From Candidatus Doudnabacteria bacterium (lineage in GTDB: Bacteria; Patescibacteriota; Doudnabacteria; UBA920), in contig CAWINB010000001.1 in assembly GCA_963837465.1 (NCBI GenBank), positions 75,915 to 139,914 on the forward strand: a stretch of 64,000 bases of DNA, written 5' to 3'. Positions 27,495 to 37,193 of this stretch are shown here, in pieces. The notes under the pieces were generated by a model, which ran no database searches, was not told the DNA's origin, and was given only the letters and a program-made list of their open reading frames with translations. The position numbers and the translations under genes are program-made. Within the stretch, counting starts at the first letter, position 1; each line of letters starts with the position of its first letter.

Positions 27495-28613
27495 ATGGCA
27501 AAAAGCAGGAAAAAAGTATTGATTGCTCTTTCCGGCGGAATCGATTCCGCGGTTTCGGCGTATTTGCTGCTTAAACAAGGCTATGAAGTGGAGGCCGCGT
27601 TTATGAAGAACTGGTCCAAGACGGCAGGTTTGCTTAAGAGCGATTGTCCCTGGCTGGTTGACCGGCAGGATGCTTTGCGCGTAGCGGCTTTTTTGCGCGT
27701 CCCTTTGCGTACGCTGGATTTTGAAAAGCAGTACCAAAAAAACGTTATGAGATATTTTTTTGACGAATACAAAAAAGGCCGGACGCCGAATCCGGATGTT
27801 ATGTGTAATAAGGAAATTAAGTTCAAACTTTTGTATAATTGGGCAATTAAGAACGGGTTTGATTATTTGGCGACCGGGCATTACGCCAGAATCGGAGGAT
27901 TGGAAAATCGGGGCCGTAGCGGGCCGATTTATAGGCGGCTTGGATATAATGGGCGCGCCACATTGGAGCGCGGCGCTGACGAATTCAAGGACCAAACCTA
28001 TTTTATTTACAACATAAAGCCCCGGCAGCTGCCGCATATTTTGTTTCCTGTCGGCGGCATGAAAAAATCCGCGGTGCGAGCTTTGGCGCGCAAACTTAAA
28101 CTGCCCAACGCGGAAAAAAAAGAAAGCATGGGTTTGTGCTTTGTGGGAAAAATCAGGCTAAAAGATTTTTTGGAGCAAAAGCTAAAGGAAAAGCCCGGGG
28201 ATATTCTTGACCTGAACCGCAAAACCATCGGCCGCCACCGGGGCCTGCATAACTACACCATCGGCCAGCGCCAGGGTATTAACATAGGCGGTTCGGCGCC
28301 ATATTATGTAACGAAAAAAGACCTGAAAACCAACAGGTTGTATGTGACCAATAACCCGGAGGATAAAAATTTGCTTACTAAAGAAATTCAAATCCACTCG
28401 GTAAATCAGCTGATCAGCTGGCCAGCTGATCAGCTGACCGGCCTGCGAGGACGCTATCGCCACCAGGGAGATTTAGTCCCGCTGACCATAAAAAAATTAG
28501 ACAAAATACATTATCAGGCAACCTTTAAAATCCCACAAAAAGCTATAGCCAGCGGACAGAGCCTGGTGCTTTATGAAGGCAAAACCTGTATAGGTGGCGG
28601 AGTAATAGCTTAA
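27495..28613 (+). CDS. mnmA: tRNA-specific 2-thiouridylase MnmA
   Basis: SGGIDSAV PP-loop and conserved catalytic Cys region. Carries a 32-bp palindromic in-frame insert at 28406-28437. Confidence 0.9.
   Translation: MAKSRKKVLIALSGGIDSAVSAYLLLKQGYEVEAAFMKNWSKTAGLLKSDCPWLVDRQDALRVAAFLRVPLRTLDFEKQYQKNVMRYFFDEYKKGRTPNPDVMCNKEIKFKLLYNWAIKNGFDYLATGHYARIGGLENRGRSGPIYRRLGYNGRATLERGADEFKDQTYFIYNIKPRQLPHILFPVGGMKKSAVRALARKLKLPNAEKKESMGLCFVGKIRLKDFLEQKLKEKPGDILDLNRKTIGRHRGLHNYTIGQRQGINIGGSAPYYVTKKDLKTNRLYVTNNPEDKNLLTKEIQIHSVNQLISWPADQLTGLRGRYRHQGDLVPLTIKKLDKIHYQATFKIPQKAIASGQSLVLYEGKTCIGGGVIA
28406..28437. repeat. 32-bp perfect palindrome inserted in-frame in mnmA
   Basis: TCAGCTGATCAGCTGG|CCAGCTGATCAGCTGA encodes QLISWPADQLT. 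The same peptide appears in the antisense ORF 28182-28463. Confidence 0.7.
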
Positions 28614-28852
28614 TTATCGCAGAAGGTAAATATCTACCGCCCCTTCCCTGGTTTCGACACTGTATTCGACGATCGGCAGCTTTTTTTTGGCCAAACTGCT
28701 GGCCGGAAAGCCGAATAACATCGCGTACAAAAAAACAACAACCGTTGGTTTAATCATTTAACCCTCGTCTAAAGTTGGAATAAAAAGATTGTATCACACT
28801 TCCCGTAATAAAAAAATCCCCCGAACATCGTCGAGGGATTTTTAAATATATT

Positions 28853-30907
28853 TTACGGTTTCAGGAACTTTACCAGCAGCAGCGCCACGATGTTGATTAT
28901 TTTAATCATAGGGTTAATGGCAGGGCCGGCGGTGTCTTTGTAGGGGTCGCCGACGGTGTCGCCGGTGACCGCGGCTTTGTGGGCGTCACTGCCTTTGCCG
29001 CCGTAGTTGCCTTCTTCAATGTACTTTTTGGCGTTATCCCAGGCCGCGCCGCCGGTGGTCATGGAAATACCAACGAATAATCCGGTAATAATAGTTCCAA
29101 CTAACAGGCCGCCCAAAGCCTCGGCTCCCAAAAGCAGGCCGACTAAAATAGGAACAACAACCGGAATCAAAGCCGGTACGACCATTTCTTTAATGGCGGC
29201 TTTGGTTACAATGTCCACGGCGCGGGAATAATCGGGTTTGGCGCTGCCGTCCATAATTCCTTTAATTTCCCTAAATTGCCTGCGCACTTCTTCCACAACA
29301 GCTTTGGCGGCGTTACCCACGGCTGACATGGCAATGGAAGCGAAAAGATATGGCAAGAGACCGCCAATTAACAGCCCCACCAAAACTTTGCTGTTGGAAA
29401 GGTCAAATACAGCAGGAATGCCGCGCGCCTGCAGCTCTTGGGTATAAGCGGCAAACAAAACCATGGCCGCAAGTCCTGCCGAGGCAATGGCGTAACCTTT
29501 GGTCACGGCTTTGGTGGTGTTGCCAACCGCGTCCAGAGGATCTGTCACGTCGCGCACGCTTTTATCCAAGCCGGCCATTTCCGCAATGCCGCCGGCATTG
29601 TCCGTAATCGGACCAAAGGCATCAATAGCGACCACAATTCCCGTTAAAGACAACATGCTCATTACGGCCAAAGCAATGCCGTACAATCCCGCCAGGTTAA
29701 AGGCCGTTAAAATTGCCAGCACGATCACCAAAACAGGCATGGCCGTGGCTTGCATGCCGACTGCCAAGCCTTTAATAATGTTGGTGCCATGGCCGGTGGT
29801 GCTTGCCGCGGCAATGTCCTTAACAGGGGAAAAAGATTTGGAAGTGTAGTATTCGGTAATTATGGTTATTAAACCGGTAACCACCAGACCGGTAATAGCG
29901 CACCAGAAAAGATTCATGACCGGGTATAAACCGTTGTTGGCCATGAGTTTGTAAGTGATGGGGTAAAAAGCAATAGCCGATAAAATTCCTGTCACCGCGA
30001 ACCCTTTATACATAGCGCCCATAATGTTGCCGGATTTACCCAGGCGCACAAACCAGGTGCCAATTATAGTGGTCACAATGGAAACCGCGCCAATCAGCAG
30101 GGGATAGGCTAAGGCGTTTAAGTAGATGTAGCTGTTGGTAACCACGTTGCCGAAAGCGTCTTCGGTGACAATGGTGGTTTTAAACACAAAGCTGCCGAGC
30201 AGGATAACGGCAATGGTGGAAACCACGTAGGTTTCAAACAAATCCGCGGCCATGCCGGCGCAGTCGCCGACGTTGTCGCCGACATTGTCGGCAATTACCC
30301 CTGGGTTTCTCGGATCATCTTCCGGAATATTATTTTCCACTTTGCCTATCATATCCGTTCCCACATCCGCGCCCTTGGTAAAAATGCCGCCGCCTAGGCG
30401 GGCGAAGACGGAAATTAAGGAGGCGCCAAAAGCCAAGCCTGCCAGGGCTGTTAAATCTTTAGTAAAAAAATAAAAGCTTGTGACGGCTAACAACCCCAGA
30501 CCTGCCACAAATAAACCTGTAACCGCGCCGCCTTCAAAAGCCAGGGACAGTGCCGGCTCCAAACCTTTTTTGGCGGCTTGGGCGGTGCGCGCGTTGGCCC
30601 TTACTGAAACATTCATACCCACAAAACCGGCTACGGCCGAAAGTACTGCTCCGATAATGAAGCCTAAAATCGTATGCCCGGAAAAATGCGCCAGCCACAT
30701 TAGCAAAACAATTACAACGGCCACTATGCCCACGGTTCGGTACTGCCTGGCTAAATAAGCCTTGGCTCCATCCTGGATGGCCGCGGCAATTTCCAGCATT
30801 TTTCCTTCGCCGGGAGATTGCTTTAAAATTTTAACAATTAAAAATACGCCGTATAAAAGCGCCAAAATCGCGGCCGCGACGGCCCACCACAAATAACTGT
30901 CTATCAT
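28853..30907 (-). CDS. hppA: membrane-bound proton-translocating pyrophosphatase (H+-PPase)
   Basis: 684 aa, ~16 TM helices. Signature motifs [29 protein letters not shown] and [18 protein letters not shown]. Confidence 0.9.
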   Translation of the reverse strand: MIDSYLWWAVAAAILALLYGVFLIVKILKQSPGEGKMLEIAAAIQDGAKAYLARQYRTVGIVAVVIVLLMWLAHFSGHTILGFIIGAVLSAVAGFVGMNVSVRANARTAQAAKKGLEPALSLAFEGGAVTGLFVAGLGLLAVTSFYFFTKDLTALAGLAFGASLISVFARLGGGIFTKGADVGTDMIGKVENNIPEDDPRNPGVIADNVGDNVGDCAGMAADLFETYVVSTIAVILLGSFVFKTTIVTEDAFGNVVTNSYIYLNALAYPLLIGAVSIVTTIIGTWFVRLGKSGNIMGAMYKGFAVTGILSAIAFYPITYKLMANNGLYPVMNLFWCAITGLVVTGLITIITEYYTSKSFSPVKDIAAASTTGHGTNIIKGLAVGMQATAMPVLVIVLAILTAFNLAGLYGIALAVMSMLSLTGIVVAIDAFGPITDNAGGIAEMAGLDKSVRDVTDPLDAVGNTTKAVTKGYAIASAGLAAMVLFAAYTQELQARGIPAVFDLSNSKVLVGLLIGGLLPYLFASIAMSAVGNAAKAVVEEVRRQFREIKGIMDGSAKPDYSRAVDIVTKAAIKEMVVPALIPVVVPILVGLLLGAEALGGLLVGTIITGLFVGISMTTGGAAWDNAKKYIEEGNYGGKGSDAHKAAVTGDTVGDPYKDTAGPAINPMIKIINIVALLLVKFLKP

Positions 30908-30983
30908 ATATATTTTGACCTGAGATTAATACTATTGTATAATTCTTGTACAATTATAGAGATTTTTTTAAATATTGGCAAAT

Positions 30984-31157
30984 ATGAAATTTAACACCAC
31001 AAGATTTTACGCTTTGTTTACGGGCGGAATTTTATTTGCCTTTGGGTTTTTTGGCTTTGCTTTTAAGGGCATATTTAACGTATCCGACGCCTACTTATTT
31101 TTTAGTTTGGTTTTGGGTTTTTGGGGGGTTGTCGTCGGATCGGCCAATAAGTGAAAG
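30984..31157 (+). CDS. small hypothetical membrane protein (57 aa, not in the track)
   Basis: ATG ORF MKFNTTRFYALFTGGILFAFGFFGFAFKGIFNVSDAYLFFSLVLGFWGVVVGSANK with two TM helices. Coding potential is judged by eye only. Confidence 0.25.
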
Positions 31158-31205
31158 AGATAAGGAAATAAGGAAATACAGGACTCCAATCCGTGCGAGG
31201 ATTTT

Positions 31206-31233
31206 AAAGGGCGCCCCTTAAGGGGCGCCCTTT
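31206..31233. terminator. 28-bp perfect palindrome (bidirectional terminator)
   Basis: AAAGGGCGCCCCTT|AAGGGGCGCCCTTT. Confidence 0.5.
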
Positions 31234-31309
31234 AGTTCAAAAAATAGTTTGCAGGCGGAATTGCGGTAATTTCCGGTAGATTGACCCAAATAAATTTTTA
31301 AGGCAGGTT

Positions 31310-31870
31310 CTAGTTAAACTTCACCGAATGTACCAGGCCGTCAAAATCCGGCACCAGGCTCATTGACCAGCCGACATCAAAAGTATAGTAAAGACCATTT
31401 GCTTTGATGCCGTATAGGGCGTTGCTGACATTTGAAGCCGTTTGGCCATCTATGGTTTCGCTTGTGGCTGGCAGGTCATCCATGGCGTAAAATTGCGCGG
31501 GGCTTATATAAATTTTTATATTATAGTATCTTATGCCGGGATCAACCTGCAATACGGTAAAACCTTTGGACTGGACGGCGGGTAAAACTTTCCAGCCGGG
31601 TTTGTATTGGAAGCTGAAGCCGTATTCGCTGTTGGTATAAACCGGCCAGCCGGAAACGTTTACCGGCGGCTGGGGCTTGGCGGATGGAACAGCGGCCGGA
31701 GCGGCAGAGAAATTGCCGTAGGAAATTACGCGGTAGTTGCTGCCATAAACAGAAGCGGAATGGGGAGTGGAAAGCAACAGCAGCCACATGGTTAAACAAA
31801 GGTACGAGCTTATAATAATAAGGCTGAACAAAATAATGAAACTTTTTGATTGAGGGGAAATTTTTGGCAT
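31310..31870 (-). CDS. hypothetical secreted protein
   Basis: 186 aa with signal anchor. No recognised domain. Confidence 0.4.
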   Translation of the reverse strand: MPKISPQSKSFIILFSLIIISSYLCLTMWLLLLSTPHSASVYGSNYRVISYGNFSAAPAAVPSAKPQPPVNVSGWPVYTNSEYGFSFQYKPGWKVLPAVQSKGFTVLQVDPGIRYYNIKIYISPAQFYAMDDLPATSETIDGQTASNVSNALYGIKANGLYYTFDVGWSMSLVPDFDGLVHSVKFN

Positions 31871-32458
31871 TTTTGTTTCAAAACTATTTTACCGTTGAAT
31901 TTATTTTAGGATTTTTAAGGCAGGATGTCAACTTTAAACGAAACTACAGTTTATTCCTAACCCCCGAACAATTTGTCCAAACCGGCGTCGTTGCCGCAAT
32001 AATAAATATGGGGTGCCATATTAACGCAGTATCCCGGGTTTTTGCTGATGAACGAATACTTGGGTAAAAACCAATATAAAAAGGCGATAACCAGAATTAC
32101 CAAAATATAAAACCCGATTTTTAATGCCTTGAGCATTTGGTTTCCAAGAAGATGCTTAAACATCTTCTAAACAGCCTAAACATCAATGATTTATGATACC
32201 ACAAAGCAGGCAATTGTAAAATGCCAAATGCCAAAATATGGCTTATCTATAATATATTATCCACAGGCCCAAGTTGACAACAAATAATTATTTAATTAGT
32301 ATAAATCGCCAGACTTGAGCAAGGACAGGAAAATATGCAGCTTAAAGTGGACAGTTTGGCTCCAAATTTTGAAGTCAAAGTACTTGAAAAATCCCCCAAT
32401 AATTGGTAAAATATCAAAAGTCAATCGTTGACGTTAATTGTCAATTGTTGCTCATCAT

Positions 32459-32532
32459 TGCCCGGTAGCCAAGCGGTAAGGCAGAGGACTCTGAATCCTC
32501 CATCGAAGGTCCGAATCCTTCCCGGGCAGCCA
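32459..32532 (+). tRNA. tRNA-Gln (anticodon CTG)
   Basis: Manual cloverleaf. U1-A72 acceptor TGCCCGG/CCGGGCA, anticodon loop CTCTGAA, T-loop TCCGAAT, discriminator G, encoded CCA. 74 nt. Confidence 0.8.
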
Positions 32533-32558
32533 TCAACACTTTTTATCGAGTGACCGAG

Positions 32559-32870
32559 ATGCCTACAAAATCGATAAAATTCAAGCAAGACAAATTCCGC
32601 CGCTCGCGCGGAGGTTATTCAAGATTACTTGAAATAAAGTGCGAAAAATGCGGCCAACTACTTTGCTATTATCAAAAAGATGGCCCCGGTCCATTAAAAC
32701 GGATGTACATAGACAGGATTATTAAATCGTACGCAAAGGCTCGCAAAAATCTAGTCTGTAGAAACTGCGGGCATATACTTGGCGTTCGTTATACCTACGA
32801 AAAAGAAAAAAGACCGGCTTTTAGAATGTTTGAGGGGTCTGTGATAAAAAAGGTTACAAAGAAGAAATGA
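32559..32870 (+). CDS. zinc-ribbon protein (CxxC...CxxC)
   Basis: CEKCGQ...CRNCGH. AT-rich. 4-nt overlap with the next gene. Track start 32550 is GTG. Confidence 0.45.
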   Translation: MPTKSIKFKQDKFRRSRGGYSRLLEIKCEKCGQLLCYYQKDGPGPLKRMYIDRIIKSYAKARKNLVCRNCGHILGVRYTYEKEKRPAFRMFEGSVIKKVTKKK

Positions 32871-33388
32871 AGAAGATTTACATTACCGGCGTATCCGGCA
32901 CGGGCAAATCCGCGATTGCAAAAGAATTAAAAAAGAGGGGCGTTTTTGCATTCGACATAGAAGAAGTTGAGGGGATGTGCTACTGGGTGGATAAAAAAAC
33001 TCAAGAACAGGATATTAATTATAGTCCTACAATGGATTGGTTAGAAGCGCACGATTGGATTTGTGATACAAAAAAATTAAAGGAGTTATTAGCAAGTGAG
33101 AAGGATATAATAATAGCTACAGGAATCACTGGCAATCAAGATGAGTATTTAAATTTGTTCGATAAAATTTTTTTACTACAAAGCGAAGAAGAAACATTTA
33201 CAAACAGAATGGCCTCGCGGCATTTACAACCTGGAGAAAATAGTTATGGGCAATATCCTGCCGAAAGAGAATTTGCAATAAGGAATTATAAAAATTTTGA
33301 AAATAAAATGATTGCACTTGGCGCAATCCTTGTAAATGCTGAGCTTTCTCTCAGTGAAGTTGCTGATCAAATTCTTTCAAAAATCTAA
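32867..33388 (+). CDS. P-loop NTPase (nucleotide/nucleoside kinase-like)
   Basis: Walker A GVSGTGKS near the N-terminus. 173 aa. AT-rich. Confidence 0.6.
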   Translation: MKKIYITGVSGTGKSAIAKELKKRGVFAFDIEEVEGMCYWVDKKTQEQDINYSPTMDWLEAHDWICDTKKLKELLASEKDIIIATGITGNQDEYLNLFDKIFLLQSEEETFTNRMASRHLQPGENSYGQYPAEREFAIRNYKNFENKMIALGAILVNAELSLSEVADQILSKI

Positions 33389-33407
33389 ATAAACTAGCCT
33401 GACCGAG

Positions 33408-33944
33408 GTGTCTATGATACAAGAAAAAAAATTAGCCCAGTATCTAGTGGTTATAATGCCAATATTAATTTCAATAATTGCTCTTGGGTTGTCTGGTTAT
33501 GCAGTTTATATTTCCTATAAACAACTTCAGTTTAGTTCGCGTCCATACGTTTTTGTTGAAAATTTTGGCTACTTGAATAAAGATAATCTGTTAGTACAGG
33601 ACATACAAAGTGTCCTTATCAAACCCTTAAATAGCCCCAGTAAAATTTTACAGGGCCAATTTGTATATTCCCTTTTCCAAAATGGTAAATTAATAAAAAC
33701 CCTTGATTCTCAAGGCTATCCAAGTTATATCCTTTACCCTACTGATGGAGATCAGCACACGCAAACTACGGGAATCGACCTTATCAGCCTGTTAAAAAAT
33801 CTTGGCAACGGGCAAGAGATTAGAAGATCAGTCAGCGTAAGCTATAAAGGCTTATCTGATAATAAACAGTATTTTTTTCAGGGTTCGTGGAAATTAGATC
33901 CAATAAGTAAAACTTGGCAAGTTATTGATACAAACGCTGACTAG
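33408..33944 (+). CDS. hypothetical membrane-anchored protein
   Basis: 178 aa with N-terminal TM helix. AT-rich. Confidence 0.4.
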   Translation: MSMIQEKKLAQYLVVIMPILISIIALGLSGYAVYISYKQLQFSSRPYVFVENFGYLNKDNLLVQDIQSVLIKPLNSPSKILQGQFVYSLFQNGKLIKTLDSQGYPSYILYPTDGDQHTQTTGIDLISLLKNLGNGQEIRRSVSVSYKGLSDNKQYFFQGSWKLDPISKTWQVIDTNAD

Positions 33945-34112
33945 ATTTAAAAATTTAGCCCCCGACCGAGGTGCATCAACGGGCCTCTGGCAAAACGTTC
34001 CGAAACCCCTTACAATACCCCTAAGAGTCAGGTGGGTATCCGTGCCACACAGCCACTAATTCTGGTTCCTGGAGACCTATCGACCCTCAATCAAAGGTCT
34101 AGAATCTATAAT

Positions 34113-34153
34113 AAAAAAGAGCGTGGATTTTTGCATCCATGCTCTTTTTTTTG
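34113..34153. terminator. strong bidirectional intrinsic terminator
   Basis: A6-AGAGCGTGGAT-TTTTGC-ATCCATGCTCT-T8. 11-bp stem with one G-T pair. Confidence 0.7.
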
Positions 34154-34197
34154 TCTAAACTACTTTAAGTAATGTTTTACTTGGTTCGGTTACATTC

Positions 34198-34302
34198 TAC
34201 TGACCTTTAACACATAGCTTAATAATCAGATGTGTCGCAAACTCTGTAAAATCAAGCATTTTTGATTAACATCTCTATTAACTTAAGTGTTAAAGGTCAG
34301 TA
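34198..34302. mobile_element. 105-bp MITE-like repeat, copy 2
   Basis: Near-identical to copy 1 (2-3 substitutions). 17-bp terminal inverted repeats CTACTGACCTTTAACAC. Confidence 0.6.
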
Positions 34303-34477
34303 GGATGGGGAAATGCGTACTACGAGCGCAAATTCTAATCTGAAGTGCAATCGCCGGCCCAGCCAATTAAAACTGTTACCAAGACTTTAGCGGGTAGCTC
34401 ATAAATGGGTTACTTATTAAGGGGTGGTTCAATTCGGCCATGTTTCTTATTTTTACTATCTTTGGTATAATAAACTC

Positions 34478-35503
34478 ATGCAAATGGCAATTCTTTATGG
34501 AATAATAGTCTTTCTTTTGGCTGGCTTTGGCGTGTTTTTTTATTTTTTGATGGGTTTAAAAAATAAAGCCGAAAAACCCGTCGATGACGGCAATATGAAG
34601 ATAATGCTGGAATGGATGAAGGAGATGAAGCAGAGTACGGAGGCGACCCGGGAAGGCATGCAAAAGTCCATAGATTCGACCAATAAAGCCATTAACGAGA
34701 GGCTGGATAACGCGGCAAAAGTTATCGGGGCTTTGTCCAAAGAGCTTGGCGGGGTATCGCAAATCGGGCCGGACATTCGGCGATTATCAGAAACCCTGGC
34801 TTCTCCCAAAATGCGCGGCAACTTTGGCGAAGAGATGCTGGAAAATATGCTGGGACAGATTTTGCCTAAAAATAATTTTAAAATCCAGTACCGTTTTAAA
34901 AACGGCGAAACAGTTGATGCCTGCATATTTATTGGCGAAACGATTTTGTCCATAGACAGCAAGTTCTCCTTAGAAAACTTCCGTCTATATAAAGAGGCCA
35001 AAGACGACGAAACGGCGGAAACTTTAAAGAAAGCGTTTTTAAAGGACGTAAAAAAACGGGTGGACGAAATTTGCAAAAAATACATCCTGCCGCAGGAGGG
35101 CACTTTTGATTTCGCGCTAATGTATGTGCCGAGCGAAGGAATTTACCAGGAAGTTATTGAAGCTTCTGATATCATCGAATACTGCCGAAGCAAAGCTGTT
35201 ATTCCCGTTTCCCCGAACACGATGTACATTTACCTGCGCAACATTATGCTGAGTTTGCGCGGCCAGGAAATAAACAAAAAGGCCCAAGAGATTCTTAAAA
35301 TGATCAGCGGCATAAAAACCGAAAGCGAAAAATTCGGCAAAAACCTGGAAGTTTTAGGCACCCACATAAAAAACGCGGGCAACACAATGGGAACCGTTGT
35401 GAATGACTTTACTCGCCTCCGCGGCAACATCCAAAACGCGGCGAATTTGGAATTGGAAGCGGAAGAAATTAAAGTTATAAAAGAACCCCAAAAGTTAATA
35501 TAA
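34478..35503 (+). CDS. rmuC: DNA recombination protein RmuC
   Basis: N-terminal TM and coiled coil. RGNFGEEMLENMLGQ matches the RmuC motif. ATG 34478 preferred over the track start 34424. Confidence 0.8.
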   Translation: MQMAILYGIIVFLLAGFGVFFYFLMGLKNKAEKPVDDGNMKIMLEWMKEMKQSTEATREGMQKSIDSTNKAINERLDNAAKVIGALSKELGGVSQIGPDIRRLSETLASPKMRGNFGEEMLENMLGQILPKNNFKIQYRFKNGETVDACIFIGETILSIDSKFSLENFRLYKEAKDDETAETLKKAFLKDVKKRVDEICKKYILPQEGTFDFALMYVPSEGIYQEVIEASDIIEYCRSKAVIPVSPNTMYIYLRNIMLSLRGQEINKKAQEILKMISGIKTESEKFGKNLEVLGTHIKNAGNTMGTVVNDFTRLRGNIQNAANLELEAEEIKVIKEPQKLI

Positions 35504-35507
35504 TTGT

Positions 35508-36164
35508 ATGCCCAAAAATCCAGAAATAATATTAGGAGGTGGCGGAGAAAAGCAAGTTTACGAAGATAAAATTGATCCTTTAAAAGTCACCGCTGAATTT
35601 CCAGATGCAGTACAAGATTTAAATACTGGAAATTCGGATTATAAACCAAATCAGATTAAAGGAGCTTACTATTTGGGTAAAATTGCCAAGTTGCTATTTC
35701 CTGATGCTGTCGCCGAGCATTATGCCGCCGGTATGAAACCGTTGCCATTTTTAAGGATATCAAAATTGGAATTAGATTCTGACCATGTCGAATATCAAGA
35801 GTCTTTGAGAACACCGACGGAGCTTGCTGAACGTTTAGAAAATCGATTACCGGGCATTCAGGCATTAACAAAAACAATGAATAAGGCCGGATTAAGAATT
35901 GATGACATGCCGCATAATTTTTCTTACTCACCGGAAGGGCATTTGCAATATGTGGACGCCAAATTACCATGGAGGGTTGAAGTTATGGACCCATTTACCA
36001 AAAAGCAGAGTGTTGAGCTACATTTTTCTCCAACTAAATTAAAACGAGCAATTGAAAATCTACCTCAGCCCCAACAGAAAATTGCGATGCGATATTATGA
36101 ACGGTTAATAAAATTACATAGTGAAGAGAAAAAAATAATCAAACAAGAAAATAGAAAAATATGA
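35508..36164 (+). CDS. hypothetical protein, possibly a minimal kinase-like fold
   Basis: Gly-rich LGGGGEKQVYE, catalytic-loop-like IDDMPHN and YVDAK about 19 aa later. 4-nt gap after rmuC and 4-nt overlap with the NYN gene. Interpretation is inference. Confidence 0.45.
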   Translation: MPKNPEIILGGGGEKQVYEDKIDPLKVTAEFPDAVQDLNTGNSDYKPNQIKGAYYLGKIAKLLFPDAVAEHYAAGMKPLPFLRISKLELDSDHVEYQESLRTPTELAERLENRLPGIQALTKTMNKAGLRIDDMPHNFSYSPEGHLQYVDAKLPWRVEVMDPFTKKQSVELHFSPTKLKRAIENLPQPQQKIAMRYYERLIKLHSEEKKIIKQENRKI

Positions 36165-36682
36165 GTATTAGAAACCCAGACCAGCGCGTCGGTGTGTTTG
36201 TGGATGTACAGAATTTGTACTATTCCGCCAGAAATATTTATCAGGCCAGAGTGAAATTTAATGAGGTTTTGGAAGCGGCTGTGGCCGGACGTAAGCTAAT
36301 TCGCGCCATTGCTTATTGCGTTAAAGCGGATATGCCGGAAGAACATACTTTTTTTGAGGCTTTGGAAAAAGCCGGCTTTGAGGTAAAAATGAAGGAACTG
36401 CAAACTTTTGCCGGCGGCCATCAAAAAGGGGATTGGGATGTCGGGATTGCCATGGATATTATTAAGCTTATGAACAAGCTGGACGTAATAGTCTTGGCCA
36501 GCGGCGACGGCGACTATCTTCCTTTGCTGGAGTACCTGCAAATGTCCGGTCAATTCACCGAAACCCTGGCCTTTGGCAAATCCTGCTCGGGAAAAATTAA
36601 GGAAGTCACGGATTATTTTATAGATCTCGACGAAAATCCCCGCAAATTCCTGATGCCTATCAAGAACGGGAAAAACAGATAG
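36161..36682 (+). CDS. NYN-domain (LabA-like, PIN-fold) ribonuclease
   Basis: VFVDVQNLYY ... GDWDVGIAMD ... VLASGDGDYLPL are NYN-domain motifs. Confidence 0.75.
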   Translation: MSIRNPDQRVGVFVDVQNLYYSARNIYQARVKFNEVLEAAVAGRKLIRAIAYCVKADMPEEHTFFEALEKAGFEVKMKELQTFAGGHQKGDWDVGIAMDIIKLMNKLDVIVLASGDGDYLPLLEYLQMSGQFTETLAFGKSCSGKIKEVTDYFIDLDENPRKFLMPIKNGKNR

Positions 36683-36697
36683 GAAGGAATTGCACGG

Positions 36698-37135
36698 ATG
36701 AACACGGATAGGAAACAGATTAACACGGAGTTGCTGCACGAAGATTTGACGTACCAAATCCGGTCGGCAATTTTTGAGATAGCTAATAAGTATGGGAAGG
36801 GTTTTAAAGAGAGTATTTACCAGGCGGCGTTAGCCGAAGAGTTCGCCAAACGCAGTATTCCTTTTGAGTCACAAAAACGCATCACAGTTTATTCTTTAGA
36901 TACTGGCAAACCCCTGGGTTATTATATCCCGGATTTTATAGCTTACGAAAAAATTATTATAGAGATAAAAGCCACAGATTTTACGACAGACCAAAATATT
37001 GAGCAAGAGCTGTCTTATCTGCGAATAAGTACTTACGAGATTGGGATTTTAGTTAATTTTAATGCCCGCAAACTGGACATCCAAAGACTCATATTTACCA
37101 ACGACCGCAAGCTATTTTTGAAAAAAATACTCTGA
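36698..37135 (+). CDS. GxxExxY-family protein (PD-(D/E)xK nuclease-like)
   Basis: GFKESIY is the GxxExxY motif. 145 aa. Bounded by 18-bp terminal inverted repeats. Confidence 0.7.
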   Translation: MNTDRKQINTELLHEDLTYQIRSAIFEIANKYGKGFKESIYQAALAEEFAKRSIPFESQKRITVYSLDTGKPLGYYIPDFIAYEKIIIEIKATDFTTDQNIEQELSYLRISTYEIGILVNFNARKLDIQRLIFTNDRKLFLKKIL

Positions 37136-37154
37136 TCCGTGTTAATCTGTTTCT
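36712..37154. mobile_element. GxxExxY nuclease gene cassette bounded by perfect 18-bp terminal inverted repeats
   Basis: GAAACAGATTAACACGGA at 36712-36729 and its reverse complement TCCGTGTTAATCTGTTTC at 37137-37154. Shorter AACACGGAT / ATCTGT units flank both sides. Confidence 0.55.
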
Positions 37155-37193
37155 TATCTGTGTTTATCTGTTACAAATACATTATATTGTCCT

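Noticed and set aside
27459-28037. 192-aa minus-strand ORF inside mnmA
   Set aside because: Antisense to a strongly supported conserved gene. Spurious. The same applies to 60017-60694, 29007-29849 ORFs inside hppA, 4591-5242 ORFs inside the large minus-strand gene, 46880-47505 inside gyrB, and 14362-15002 inside the PfkB gene.
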